Shown here: positions 56,201 through 64,000 of the stretch, piece by piece
Position numbering within the stretch: the first letter of the stretch is position 1
Layout: every line of letters starts with the position of its first letter
IMG/VR virus record: IMGVR_UViG_3300021256_000079
Coordinates: 30,755-94,754 of that record
Direction: 5' to 3' (one strand)
DNA from: a virus
Lineage: Duplodnaviria > Caudoviricetes
DNA: 64,000 nucleotides
Notes under the pieces: model-generated
What the model was told of the DNA's origin: nothing
The model's input: only the letters and a program-made list of their open reading frames with translations
The model's database searches: none
Translations under genes and position numbers: made by a program

Positions 56201-57704
56201 CAAGAGCGAAGACGAATACGAGGGAATTGCTGCTGAAACCATTGAAGAAGGTAAGACTGCTTCTACGACGATAGTCGATAAGGCTGTCGAAGTATTTACT
56301 AAAATTACAGAAGCACAGAGTAAACTTCAAAATGTGGGTGGAATTGCAAGTATTTGGACTGGCGAGCCGCCTTCGTTTACTGACATCGCCGCTCAGTTTG
56401 AATCACTCGGTCAAGGTCTTAAAGACTTTAGCGACAAATTAAATGGCGTTGGCGAAAGTGAAACTAAGAAGTTTGATCCAGAAGCTGCTAAGGGTGCTCT
56501 TCTTATTGTCGATAGCATGATCAGTACTATGACAGATATTGGCACAAGGCTTCCTAAGATTGGCGGTATTGGAAACTTCTTTAAGACAATTGGTGAAGGC
56601 CGTACGTCCACTTTGTCTGATGTCGGTACACAGATTGGCGGACTCGGTGACGGACTTAGCGGATTCTCTACAGCTATTAGTGGAAAATTCGGTAATGCTG
56701 ATGAGATTATTAATGCCCTCAAAGTTGTTTCAAGTGTTGTCGATATGATCGCATCTATGGCGTCAACTGGCGAGATGATTTCATATGGTAATGTTGAAAC
56801 ATACGTTGACTATATTAATACTTTCCTGACCGAAATGACGAGTCTCGAAAGAGGCGTGAGCGGTGGACCTGATAGAAGTCAAACTGTTATCCAATCTCTT
56901 GTAACGATGATGGGAGATATTTCTGCAGCTATGACAGCAGCCGATAATATCGATGATAAGAACCTTGACATCTTTGCCACATTTGTTCAGTCTTTGAATA
57001 ACTTGGCTACCATTAACATGGAAACTACACTTAAATCCTTCGAAGAAGTCGGCAATAACATTTCTCTTGGTGTGCAGCGTGGTATTAATAGTGGATCGTC
57101 TGCTGTAATCCAGGCTGCTATCGATATGGCTGTTGCTGCATATGAAGCGGCTAAGGCTGCTCTCGATGAACACAGTCCGAGTAGACTATTTATGGGAATT
57201 GGTGCCTTTGCTTCTGAAGGTATGGCTCTTGGTATTACTAAGAGTGCTGATCAAGCAGCCAATGCTAGTGAATCGATGGCAAATAGCACAATTGATTCTG
57301 CTAGAGGCGTGCTTGCAAATATTAGTAGTATTCTTGCTAGCGATGTTGATGCTCAGCCTACGATTACACCCGTTCTTGATCTGACTAATGTTACAGCTGG
57401 TGCTAGGGAAATTAGTGGAATGTTCGGTAGCACTTATGGAATCGGTATTGATCCAAGTGGTGCGAGAGCTAGAGCATCCAGAACTTATTCTGCTCCTGAA
57501 GCTGTGGCTGTTGATCAAAATGGAATCGATAGTTATGGCGCTCTTGCTAGACTTGATGCTATGCTCGAGAATATTCAGAAAATGGGCGAGAGCATTTCCA
57601 ATATGAAACTGGTACTCGACACTGGTGTCATTGCTGGCGGCGTTTCTGACGACGTCGATATCGATATTGGAAGAAAAATGTTCTACGCAGCAAGAAGAAA
57701 CTAA
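50298..57704 (+). CDS. Tape measure protein
   Basis: ~2470 aa, tape-measure N-domain, hydrophobic repeats, HSPSR motif near the C-terminus. Confidence 0.92.
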   Translation: MANNSTDTRIVQMQFDNREFERNIAQSEKSLDKFKEALDFSKCESSLEDFQDATKKLTFEQMAENIQKLTDKFTGLGNLGEFAISKVRHELESAAYKAKAFFDSMTIEQVNVGFSKFGQLNKKVQTIMAATGRAESDVYTVLERLNEYTDQTSYNFVDMAANIGKFTSVGIGLEDAEKQMEGIANWAARSGGGIQEASRAMYNLSQAMGVGALTKIDWKSIENASMATKEFKEQLIQAGLATGQLVKENGKVMTAKSLGKQVEVTYQNLAETLSKKWANTEVMQKSFMAYYYEDLYYTGEIATGVKTTKEQRDELRKLVALNEKIDLKAWENIKSESDKIRNDLLSSEEIDHSEWEKLNIDSEENRQKILDAAVEQKKILKEVNEEGYTVYKTLAKDGKQIELTTENFDEFVKRGLLDETLMTVVFGLDMDPLIESTEEQKQALKDALGSDDIILKKDWAENLKAAGLANDEFKQAAMDAAVAAGTLKKETDKAGKTIYKTAKGFGKETVVNLQNFEETLKNKWFTGAVADRAVKLNDLGKAAYESAQKCMTFTDVLDAWKDQLSTGWMNSYKKIFGELSESMELFSNVCNKVGEALGNLVEFRNKILDTWGKAGGRENLWALIVGEVTDEGEAIAYKGAYGLLDALGDIGEMISNAFFEMLKLFADPGSQLNWDEEGYKEGWMAATLNHAIVSIRAFIASIHDFFNASSEGSEKSRWEQIQDVVNAIFATFALAYVVIRDVTGFMSKLFDKDHLGKSLDYILQLLSALGVGVYDMVDSAESADGLQKLFNGLLESLEPLIAAVNELVGVIVNNLIGTLENGKESGTFAGIWETICDIFKLLGTIISKVAPPFLKFVSSMLEIINDLFNGELTGDKLKSLGARLEASITQLFDDVFGLIPGFGKDLQGAIAYIFGFAEEGAEDGADGSSKTILGVAKQWLRKIFGGFANIYDNIKGDADQFNLFTWAKQMLGLDAFGKFIGQMAGVVKGTNLYGIIMSFLGGYALFKLIGTLRQGTGLLRNLQGFFQGAQDVMKDGLKLKFGDQLESTGDKVMKIATGIALIAGSVAVLGSMDPKNLLIGFAALAGVMIALGGFLLLMKQYVLKDFKEAMGLTATIGAVAIAILSITLGIGLLVMMLKPLANMEPDGIIKMLTGLLGVVTILGLVAKYIGKDLKNLKGAGSIAAMAVSIGLLIFALKPLATMELGEMGNMALGLIGILTILALFSKYAGNMKIKGTGSLILLATSIAILVMSLMSLKDLKPEQMANLGTGLFGILTILALFAKYAGSMKGKGMGQMILVAGSIFILMQAIMPLANLKWEQLGKLGASLAGIMIILGAFINETQSMKATGMINLVVIAAAIWVLVRAIEPLAKYEWSQLAKIGVGLFVISGIVIAMTQLAGDMNILQGAGIAVMLVGFAAVLLAFGLAMSSVAGLKVDQIESTLSGFVSILITFALIQRYLLKDSDILDAVHTLILLGGLAVVMIAFSIALNEIKNVPTDKIIAFSIGLGVLVAGVGLALKLTKGLTIGGAIKSILIISAAVAALMAVFAIVGKFAIGTLASALTNLAANLKLFSGMMTDFSDRMNKVDEGSIKKAELIINMLAEMLSDLVGISIGSISSSYLTTIASHLTLTSGMLIDFSSRMNRIDLTAFTKAQTMIDQIRLMMISLTGFEDFTSRREAFTTALFDLGTGIEIFATHTGNVGDMSNNSAIQIIKDLSGCAGDLDIIAKMDLDKLTSSMTGLGGAMMLYAKGAEEATGIATETEGAPDVAGAVGLLRDISNSLTEEGGFTIPENMPSDQALGTFGAQLAALAGALVEFEAAGSKLGSGTDKALECLDFFSDLKAKLSEINMGEAIGAVLTAFITKNDVTVQPNELETFGKNIEQLGLALAAFAKSTTIVDESTGEITPVDYSVAVEALQSFSGLANSLPTIGGINAWWTGNKESLTQLAADLEALGQGLKDFSMKVTGKSEDEYEGIAAETIEEGKTASTTIVDKAVEVFTKITEAQSKLQNVGGIASIWTGEPPSFTDIAAQFESLGQGLKDFSDKLNGVGESETKKFDPEAAKGALLIVDSMISTMTDIGTRLPKIGGIGNFFKTIGEGRTSTLSDVGTQIGGLGDGLSGFSTAISGKFGNADEIINALKVVSSVVDMIASMASTGEMISYGNVETYVDYINTFLTEMTSLERGVSGGPDRSQTVIQSLVTMMGDISAAMTAADNIDDKNLDIFATFVQSLNNLATINMETTLKSFEEVGNNISLGVQRGINSGSSAVIQAAIDMAVAAYEAAKAALDEHSPSRLFMGIGAFASEGMALGITKSADQAANASESMANSTIDSARGVLANISSILASDVDAQPTITPVLDLTNVTAGAREISGMFGSTYGIGIDPSGARARASRTYSAPEAVAVDQNGIDSYGALARLDAMLENIQKMGESISNMKLVLDTGVIAGGVSDDVDIDIGRKMFYAARRN

Positions 57705-57725
57705 CTTCTCATTTCAAGTAAACCG

Positions 57726-57760
57726 GACCGGGGTATCTTCGGATATTCCCGGTCTGTTTT
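57726..57760 (+). terminator. Terminator-like hairpin after tape measure gene
   Basis: GACCGGG..TTCG..CCCGGTC followed by TGTTTT. Confidence 0.7.
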
Positions 57761-57783
57761 ACTGAGAGGAGCGACTACAAAAA

Positions 57784-60291
57784 ATGTACGATATTTACCT
57801 TAAAAACTATTATGAAAACGGATCGCTTGTAAAAACAGAAAAAAGACTCTATTCGATTCCGATTAAAGAAGAGGACATAGAGTATGTTCTTGTTGATCCG
57901 TCTGTCTCTTGCGATATTGGTAAGACTGGAAGCTTCGAATTTACGATTCATCCTAACCATCCCTATTATCACGCTTTGGCTCAGATGAGAACTATTATGC
58001 GAGTCGAATACGATGGAGACACGATATTTAGAGGCAGAATTCTAACAGTTGATAATACACTTACTGGAGCTAAAAAGATTCACTGTGAAGGCGACATGGC
58101 CTTTCTTCTTGATAGCTTTCAGATGAGTTCTAAAAAAGAAGAAAGATCATCTATTACGATCAATGTTTATATTAATAAAATTCTTAATGAGCATAATCGT
58201 CAAATGAGCGAATCTGGAGAAACAGATAAGTGCATTTATCCTGGCTACATTCCAGGTAGTTATCCAGCGAGTTTCAGCGAACAGCAAAAAGTCACTAATA
58301 AAACCGATAAATTTGGAAGCAATAGTCATGAGCAGACCATGAATGCATTAGAGTCGCTTACAAAAGAATTCGGTGGATTCTTTAGAACTCGCTATAATCC
58401 TGCTGATGGAAAAGTATATTTGGACTGGTGTAGAAACTGGTTCAATAGAAATATCGAAGGAAGTCAACCAATCGCAATCACTCAGAACATTATTGATGCT
58501 CAGAGTAATAGTGAAGTTGATAACATCTTTACCGCTTTGATCCCGGTTGGTTCAAAAGAAGGTAAAGATATTTTCATCAATGGCTATAAAACTAACATTC
58601 ACGGTGACAATAATCGTATTCTTGTTCCACAAATAGCTAGTGTTTACACAGCAGAACAACTTGATACTGGCTATGTTAATGAGTCGATATTTGAAAAAGC
58701 TGTTGAACAGTATGGAATAATCTATAAAGTTCAAAGCTTTTCTAATGCCGATACTCAAGCAAAACTGTGGAGTTACGCTTGTGACTGGATTCGCCATAAC
58801 TATGTTGGCGGAATCACGAATTATGATTTGACTGCAATCGATATGCATCATATAGATGGCACGGTTGCAAAGTATTTGGTTGGCGACTGTATTCCACTTC
58901 GTCTTCCTCCAGATCTTACCGAACTCGACGAGTATATAGATGCTAATATTCAAGAAAGAAGTGCCATCGTCCATAGAACGATTCTCGGTATAAAGTATAA
59001 CCTTCATAACCCTGAGAAAAATAGTTATTCTTGTGGCATTGTCAGTGATATTTTAAATCTTGAGTATGGTGTGGCTTCTACCTCTAAATCAAAAGGTGGA
59101 AAAGGTAAAGGCGGTGCTGGTGCAAAAGGTGGAGGCAACGGTAACAACAATAAGGAGGTCGGCGGCGACAGCAAAATGACAGAGCGAGAACTTAAAGAAC
59201 TCGCTTGGAACTATGTCATTAGCTCAGAGTACAATAACGATCTCTATGAAGACCTCAAAGCTCAAGACCCGACAGGTGAACGAGTTGCAGCTGCAGAAAA
59301 GGCATCTCATGTCAGACTCATTCGAGACATTAAGGCAACAGAAGTCTTGGAAGACGGATCAAAAGAAGAAAAAACATATGCCGCTGTATCGACGATGTTT
59401 CTCGATGCTCAGCAAGGTGTTCTTAGTTTTCTTCATCCGGTTGTGAATATTCTAGGTTTAGATGAAGCCGGAAAACGCATAACCGAAATGCGAGCTGTTA
59501 AATCTATGGAAATCGACGGATACAATCAATACCTTAGTGTAAAGAATGTTCCAAACTATCACACATATGTTGATCCATTTGTTAAACCTGTAAGTCCGTT
59601 TGTCGAAGTAGCTTCGAATGTTGCGGGACATCTTCTTGATCCGTTTGATGTACTTGGCCTTAGATCAAAAGAAAAAGGCGCAAAGATGTCTTTTATGGGC
59701 GGAACCGCCGATAATAACAAAGTTACTGCGTCTACTGATGGCGAAAATGGCTGGATGGGTGAAATCGTGAACATTATTGGTTCCGATGGTAGTGGAACCC
59801 TTGACGTTGCCACAATAATTCAAAATGGAATAGGTAACGATGGTAAAGGGTCGGAAGCTATTGGAAAAACGCCATCCGGTGAATGGCTTATTCATTTGAA
59901 TGAACCACTTAAGTATAAAGATGGTGATGGTGTTATACATACAATTCCAGATGGTGTTGTTGACGCAACCGATTACGCTGCGTTGAATTCTGGTCTTCAG
60001 AAAATCCCAAGTTTTGTAACTCAGATTGGTGTGTTTAAGACTCTGATTGCCGATAATGCTACAGCTATTAATCTTAAAGCTGACAAAGCTGATCTCAATA
60101 CTCTTAGTGCCAAAGTTGCTCATATCGAGAGTTTGACGTCTACTTACATCACAAGTAAACGTCTTGAAACTATGGAAGTAAAGGTTAAGAGTTTAACTAT
60201 AGATAACAAATTCATGATAGGAAGTAGAGTTGTTAGGCCTCAGTTATTTAGCACGCTGGGAACGGCAGCTACAGTTTTAGTTTTGGTTTAA
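57784..60291 (+). CDS. Tail tip protein (Tal/endopeptidase-like minor tail)
   Basis: GSFEF..HP.Y; IFRGR; TALIPVG. Confidence 0.8.
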   Translation: MYDIYLKNYYENGSLVKTEKRLYSIPIKEEDIEYVLVDPSVSCDIGKTGSFEFTIHPNHPYYHALAQMRTIMRVEYDGDTIFRGRILTVDNTLTGAKKIHCEGDMAFLLDSFQMSSKKEERSSITINVYINKILNEHNRQMSESGETDKCIYPGYIPGSYPASFSEQQKVTNKTDKFGSNSHEQTMNALESLTKEFGGFFRTRYNPADGKVYLDWCRNWFNRNIEGSQPIAITQNIIDAQSNSEVDNIFTALIPVGSKEGKDIFINGYKTNIHGDNNRILVPQIASVYTAEQLDTGYVNESIFEKAVEQYGIIYKVQSFSNADTQAKLWSYACDWIRHNYVGGITNYDLTAIDMHHIDGTVAKYLVGDCIPLRLPPDLTELDEYIDANIQERSAIVHRTILGIKYNLHNPEKNSYSCGIVSDILNLEYGVASTSKSKGGKGKGGAGAKGGGNGNNNKEVGGDSKMTERELKELAWNYVISSEYNNDLYEDLKAQDPTGERVAAAEKASHVRLIRDIKATEVLEDGSKEEKTYAAVSTMFLDAQQGVLSFLHPVVNILGLDEAGKRITEMRAVKSMEIDGYNQYLSVKNVPNYHTYVDPFVKPVSPFVEVASNVAGHLLDPFDVLGLRSKEKGAKMSFMGGTADNNKVTASTDGENGWMGEIVNIIGSDGSGTLDVATIIQNGIGNDGKGSEAIGKTPSGEWLIHLNEPLKYKDGDGVIHTIPDGVVDATDYAALNSGLQKIPSFVTQIGVFKTLIADNATAINLKADKADLNTLSAKVAHIESLTSTYITSKRLETMEVKVKSLTIDNKFMIGSRVVRPQLFSTLGTAATVLVLV

Positions 60292-60318
60292 CACAATACT
60301 GAAAGGACCAATGCAATT

Positions 60319-60531
60319 ATGACCATTGAAGATATTATTAAACAGATCACAGAAAAACTTATCACCCTTCCAGATCAGACTGGTTTAGCTAAGTGTGCTG
60401 GTTTCTATATGCTTTATCAGGGAATCAAAACACTAGAAGAAGCTCTAAAAGAAGAGCGTGAAAAGAACGAAACCGAAAAGAATGCTCTTCGTGAAAGAAT
60501 TAAAGAACTCGAATCTAAAGTAAAGGAGTAA
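60319..60531 (+). CDS. Small coiled-coil protein
   Basis: ORF with RBS. Confidence 0.65.
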   Translation: MTIEDIIKQITEKLITLPDQTGLAKCAGFYMLYQGIKTLEEALKEEREKNETEKNALRERIKELESKVKE

Positions 60532-60537
60532 TGAATT

Positions 60538-60882
60538 ATGGATGATCAAACTATTAATACTCAAGGTGAAATCCCTGTAGTTGAAAACGATTGGGCCTAT
60601 CCTAAGGTTTATGAAAAATCTATCATTCTTGCCGACGATACCATTCTCAAAGGCTACATTCAGCGCTCCTCTATTTCAGATGAGATCTGGGTGTTCCCTT
60701 CTGATCATTCTCTTAGCTATATGGACTTGATTCTCATCTTCACAAACGCAGAAAAGACAAGTACTCTTACCTGCTATGAATCAGAAACCGAACAGAAGAA
60801 ATATGTTGGCTACACTCGTGTGGCTAGTATTAATTCTGATACAAACGACGAAATCACAATTTGTCTCACAAAACCTGTCTAA
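60538..60882 (+). CDS. Hypothetical protein
   Basis: ORF with RBS. Confidence 0.65.
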   Translation: MDDQTINTQGEIPVVENDWAYPKVYEKSIILADDTILKGYIQRSSISDEIWVFPSDHSLSYMDLILIFTNAEKTSTLTCYESETEQKKYVGYTRVASINSDTNDEITICLTKPV

Positions 60883-60897
60883 TAGGAGGATAAAACA

Positions 60898-61125
60898 ATG
60901 TTTAAGATTCTTAAATACGGCGCCGAAGGTAAAGAAGTTGTGGAAGCTCAGGTTATGCTTCAGAGAGCCGGATCTAAAGTCAAGGCTACAGGAAAGTATA
61001 CCATTGGCATGATTGCTGCAGTTCGCGCATTCCAGAAGAAAAACGGTCTTGAAGTAACTGGTCGTCTTGATTCTAAAACTATGCGCAAACTCAGACCATA
61101 TGGAAGAAAGACCACTAAGAAATAA
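60898..61125 (+). CDS. Stand-alone peptidoglycan-binding domain protein
   Basis: LKYG..G..V...Q.ML..AVRAFQKKNGL..TG..D..T. Confidence 0.85.
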   Translation: MFKILKYGAEGKEVVEAQVMLQRAGSKVKATGKYTIGMIAAVRAFQKKNGLEVTGRLDSKTMRKLRPYGRKTTKK

Positions 61126-61147
61126 TTCAAAATGGGAGGGATAATAG

Positions 61148-61705
61148 ATGCTAGGTGAAGCGTCATATGAAGGTGCCCATAGCATAACCTTTAGTACAGG
61201 AGAAAAAGAGACTGAAGGACCTAAGGCTGGATATTTAAAAGGTCTCAATACATGGGACACCTGGCATCTAATTCCAACCAGTAAACCTATTGTCACAGGT
61301 CCTCAGCCAAGAACCAATTATATTGAAATTCCCGGTCGAGATGGTGCTATCGATTTTAGTACTTATCTTACTGGGAATATTTCATATGGTCCTAGAAGCG
61401 GCAGCTGGGAGTTTGCGATTGATAACGGATGGGAAGGCTGGGAAGCAATAAGGCAAAAGCTTTACCAGGATCTTCACGGAAAAGAATACTGGATTGTTCT
61501 TGAAGATAATCCAACTTGGTATTGGGTTGGACGAGTTAGCATTGGCGACTATAAAGCTGAGTCTAATTACAACTCGGTTACGATTAGCTATGTGGTTGAA
61601 CCTAGATGCTACTCGATATTTTCTGGAGAAGACAGCTGGCTTTGGGATCCGTTTAACTTTGAAACTGACTATACAGACGGCACTGGCCGAGAACCTAGAC
61701 TATAA
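61148..61705 (+). CDS. Distal tail (Dit)-like protein
   Basis: EIPGRDGAID..L.G; LHGK; YWVGR. Confidence 0.75.
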   Translation: MLGEASYEGAHSITFSTGEKETEGPKAGYLKGLNTWDTWHLIPTSKPIVTGPQPRTNYIEIPGRDGAIDFSTYLTGNISYGPRSGSWEFAIDNGWEGWEAIRQKLYQDLHGKEYWIVLEDNPTWYWVGRVSIGDYKAESNYNSVTISYVVEPRCYSIFSGEDSWLWDPFNFETDYTDGTGREPRL

Positions 61706-61717
61706 AGAGGTGACACG

Positions 61718-62488
61718 ATGCCTTACACACTTAAACCAAATAAATTGTTTGCTAAAGACCCAAATGGCGACGGATATTTGCCACAGAATGTGATCACTGA
61801 TAAGTCTACAAGTGATGCCGTTGCTGAAATAGAAGAGACTGGCACGACTCAGAATAATAGATTGACTACGACTGGTAATGCACAGGAAGATAGAGTCAAT
61901 GCTGCCGGTAGAACTCAAGTTAATGCCATTACTGCAAAAGCGACAGAACTCGAAACGCTGATGGATGACGCAGATGCAGCCATTGCTAAGATTGATGCTC
62001 TGGACGATATTATTAGTGGACTTAGAAGTCTTCTGGATCTTGTGCATCCTGTTGGCAGCATTTACATCTCAAAAGATCCAACAGATCCTGGTGATATGTT
62101 CGGTGGTGTATGGAGTCCAATAACGGATCGTTTTCTTCTTACAGCTGGTAGCACATATCATGTTGGGGATGCTGATGGCGGTGAGGCAACTCATACTCTG
62201 ACGGCATCGGAGCTTCCTACACATACACACTACGCAAAAGGAAACAACAGTACAGAAAACGACAATTGGACAATTCCAGCAGTTAGAAATATATCTGGGT
62301 CATCCGGTATTTTGACCGTTTCGCAAGGTATGGACAGGGTTGTTCCTGCTTCAAAATTTGAAAGCGACGCCTCTTGGGGAAATTTTTATCTTAGCTCGGA
62401 AACGGGCGGAATCACTGGAACGGCCGGAACTGCTCACAACAATATGCCGCCATACACAATTGTGTATGCTTGGGAAAGAGTTCAGTAA
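61718..62488 (+). CDS. Baseplate/tail fibre-associated protein
   Basis: HPVGSIY..FGG.W..GGEATH.LT..ELP..HNNMPP. Confidence 0.75.
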   Translation: MPYTLKPNKLFAKDPNGDGYLPQNVITDKSTSDAVAEIEETGTTQNNRLTTTGNAQEDRVNAAGRTQVNAITAKATELETLMDDADAAIAKIDALDDIISGLRSLLDLVHPVGSIYISKDPTDPGDMFGGVWSPITDRFLLTAGSTYHVGDADGGEATHTLTASELPTHTHYAKGNNSTENDNWTIPAVRNISGSSGILTVSQGMDRVVPASKFESDASWGNFYLSSETGGITGTAGTAHNNMPPYTIVYAWERVQ

Positions 62489-62497
62489 AGGAGTGAT

Positions 62498-63340
62498 TTG
62501 ATGCCAAGTAGCGAACATGATCATGCTATTGCTCGAGATGTTAAAGCAATCAGAGAAGCAGTCTTTGGAAGAGATGTAAGAAGTGCTATTGCCGACGGCA
62601 TCGAACAATGCTATGCAGATGTTTCAAATAGCCGAACGATAGCCGATGGTGCTACAGAATCTGCAACCAATGCGGCTAATCTCGCGAATCAGAAGGCTAT
62701 GGCAGCAGATGCCGCCGCACAAAATCTTGATAGAAAAGTTGAAGATATTGTTCTTGTTCAAGAATCTCAACCGTCTTCCGATACAAACAAGATTTGGGTT
62801 AAACCTGAAAGCGATGAATACAAAGTTCCGACTTGGGATGAGTTTCAGGAACTTTCTGATAGAGTCGATCATCAGGGTGGAGGAACTGCTGATTTTCCGC
62901 CAGGTGGTGAGATTGGTCAGTGTTTGATGAACGCAGGCGACGGAAACGTTGAATGGGGAACACCAACAAGTGTAGATATTGTTGTCGGTGATCTTGCACG
63001 CAAAAGTCAGGTTCAGGCAAGTTATACACCTCGCGGTTCTGTAAGTGCACCTAGTATTTCTGTTTCAAAAACTAAAGAAAGTATATACGCTGCGACAACA
63101 GGAGATGGCGGTGCTAGCGTTATTTCCGGTACAGCTGCTGCATATACTCTTCCGCAACTTACAATGAGAGTTGAACAAGAAAATCTTATTATCTCGTTTA
63201 CTCCGGGTACATTTACACCAAATAGGCCCACATCTGTTACACTTCCGACTTTTATGGAAACCGAAGTTATATCAGATGTTAGCGCAAAATCTACTGCTCC
63301 AAGCTTTACAGGCGAGACAGATACGATAACTTCGAGGTGA
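62498..63340 (+). CDS. Minor tail / fibre protein
   Basis: IREAVFGRDVRSAIADGI N-terminus; PPGG..GQ.L; P.FTG repeats. Confidence 0.65.
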   Translation: MMPSSEHDHAIARDVKAIREAVFGRDVRSAIADGIEQCYADVSNSRTIADGATESATNAANLANQKAMAADAAAQNLDRKVEDIVLVQESQPSSDTNKIWVKPESDEYKVPTWDEFQELSDRVDHQGGGTADFPPGGEIGQCLMNAGDGNVEWGTPTSVDIVVGDLARKSQVQASYTPRGSVSAPSISVSKTKESIYAATTGDGGASVISGTAAAYTLPQLTMRVEQENLIISFTPGTFTPNRPTSVTLPTFMETEVISDVSAKSTAPSFTGETDTITSR

Positions 63341-63347
63341 TAGGTGA

Positions 63348-63938
63348 ATGAATGATATTAAACGATTTACGGATACCAATGGAGTTGTTCACGATATTAA
63401 AGATTATCGTATTACGACTATTGTTGACACTTTCTATCCAGTCGGAAGTATTTATATGTCCGTAAACGCGACGGATCCTGGAGTTCTGTTTGGCGGTACT
63501 TGGGAAAAGCTTGAAAATCGATTTCTTGTTGGTGCTGGCGATTTGTATAACGTAAATTCCGAAGGCGGCGAGGCAACCCATAAGCTGACAGAAAACGAAT
63601 TGCCAGCATTCACTAGACAGGTTTCAATGCGAAAACTCTATACTGAGAATTTCTCAAATGACTATACGATGTTTGTTCAGACCGGATCGACCGACTATGG
63701 AACAGATGAACAACACGATTTTAAAGTCCATATTGGTGGAATCGGTACAGACGTTCTTGGTACTAACGGTCTTTCCGGTCCAGTTGTTCAACCGGCTATA
63801 AACTACAAAAATAAACCAGGTGTTACTGACGCAGCCACGGCAGGCGCAGCTAGATTGACACTTGATTTCGGTGGCGACCAGGCTCACAACAACATGCCGC
63901 CTTTTCTTGCTGCAAATATGTGGAAGAGAGTGTCTTAA
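63348..63938 (+). CDS. Baseplate/tail fibre-associated protein, paralog of the 61718 C-domain
   Basis: YPVGSIY..GGEATH.LT..ELP..HNNMPP. Confidence 0.75.
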   Translation: MNDIKRFTDTNGVVHDIKDYRITTIVDTFYPVGSIYMSVNATDPGVLFGGTWEKLENRFLVGAGDLYNVNSEGGEATHKLTENELPAFTRQVSMRKLYTENFSNDYTMFVQTGSTDYGTDEQHDFKVHIGGIGTDVLGTNGLSGPVVQPAINYKNKPGVTDAATAGAARLTLDFGGDQAHNNMPPFLAANMWKRVS

Positions 63939-64000
63939 AAAATTCAAAATGGAAGTAAAAAGGAGCGATTCCGATGGCTCTAATTAATGGAAATGATTAC

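Noticed and set aside
1-64000. Minus-strand ORFs in the track (e.g. 46347-47147, 53426-54313, 18364-19137)
   Set aside because: They are antisense shadows of well-supported plus-strand genes and show no recognisable motifs.
1-64000. Stop-codon reassignment, DGR, integrase or self-splicing elements
   Set aside because: Genes tile densely under the standard code; no reverse transcriptase, recombinase or intron/intein signatures were recognised.

Overview
A 64 kb, essentially all plus-strand segment of a large siphovirus with Firmicutes-like RBSs (GAAAGGAG); no integrase or lysin is visible in the window. Layout: early/accessory genes (1-20 kb); an origin-like repeat block; a fused helicase-primase-PolB replicase, SSB, SF2 helicase, VRR-NUC and PD-(D/E)xK nucleases; a phage DFDGD-type RNA polymerase (28.0-30.8 kb); a probable cos end (~31.34 kb, so the window likely spans the genome ends); then packaging, head and tail genes. 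The top finding is a ~660-nt non-coding array of G[A/C][A/G]NN pentamers punctuated by single extra Gs (5916-6576), ~300 nt upstream of a solitary Cas7/RAMP-like gene (6877-7488), with no other cas genes or CRISPR array seen. This is a candidate RNA-guided system. Other highlights: 12 copies of a phage-specific promoter-like motif; three stand-alone genes that copy pieces of the phage RNAP; ten proteins sharing an LxH(Y/H/F)GIKGQKWG tag (variant on the RNAP) with variable cargo, including papain-fold domains; LxH motifs in the protease-capsid polyprotein; tRNA-Ile(UAU); and a tRNA-like ncRNA. All family assignments come from motif recognition by eye, not database searches.
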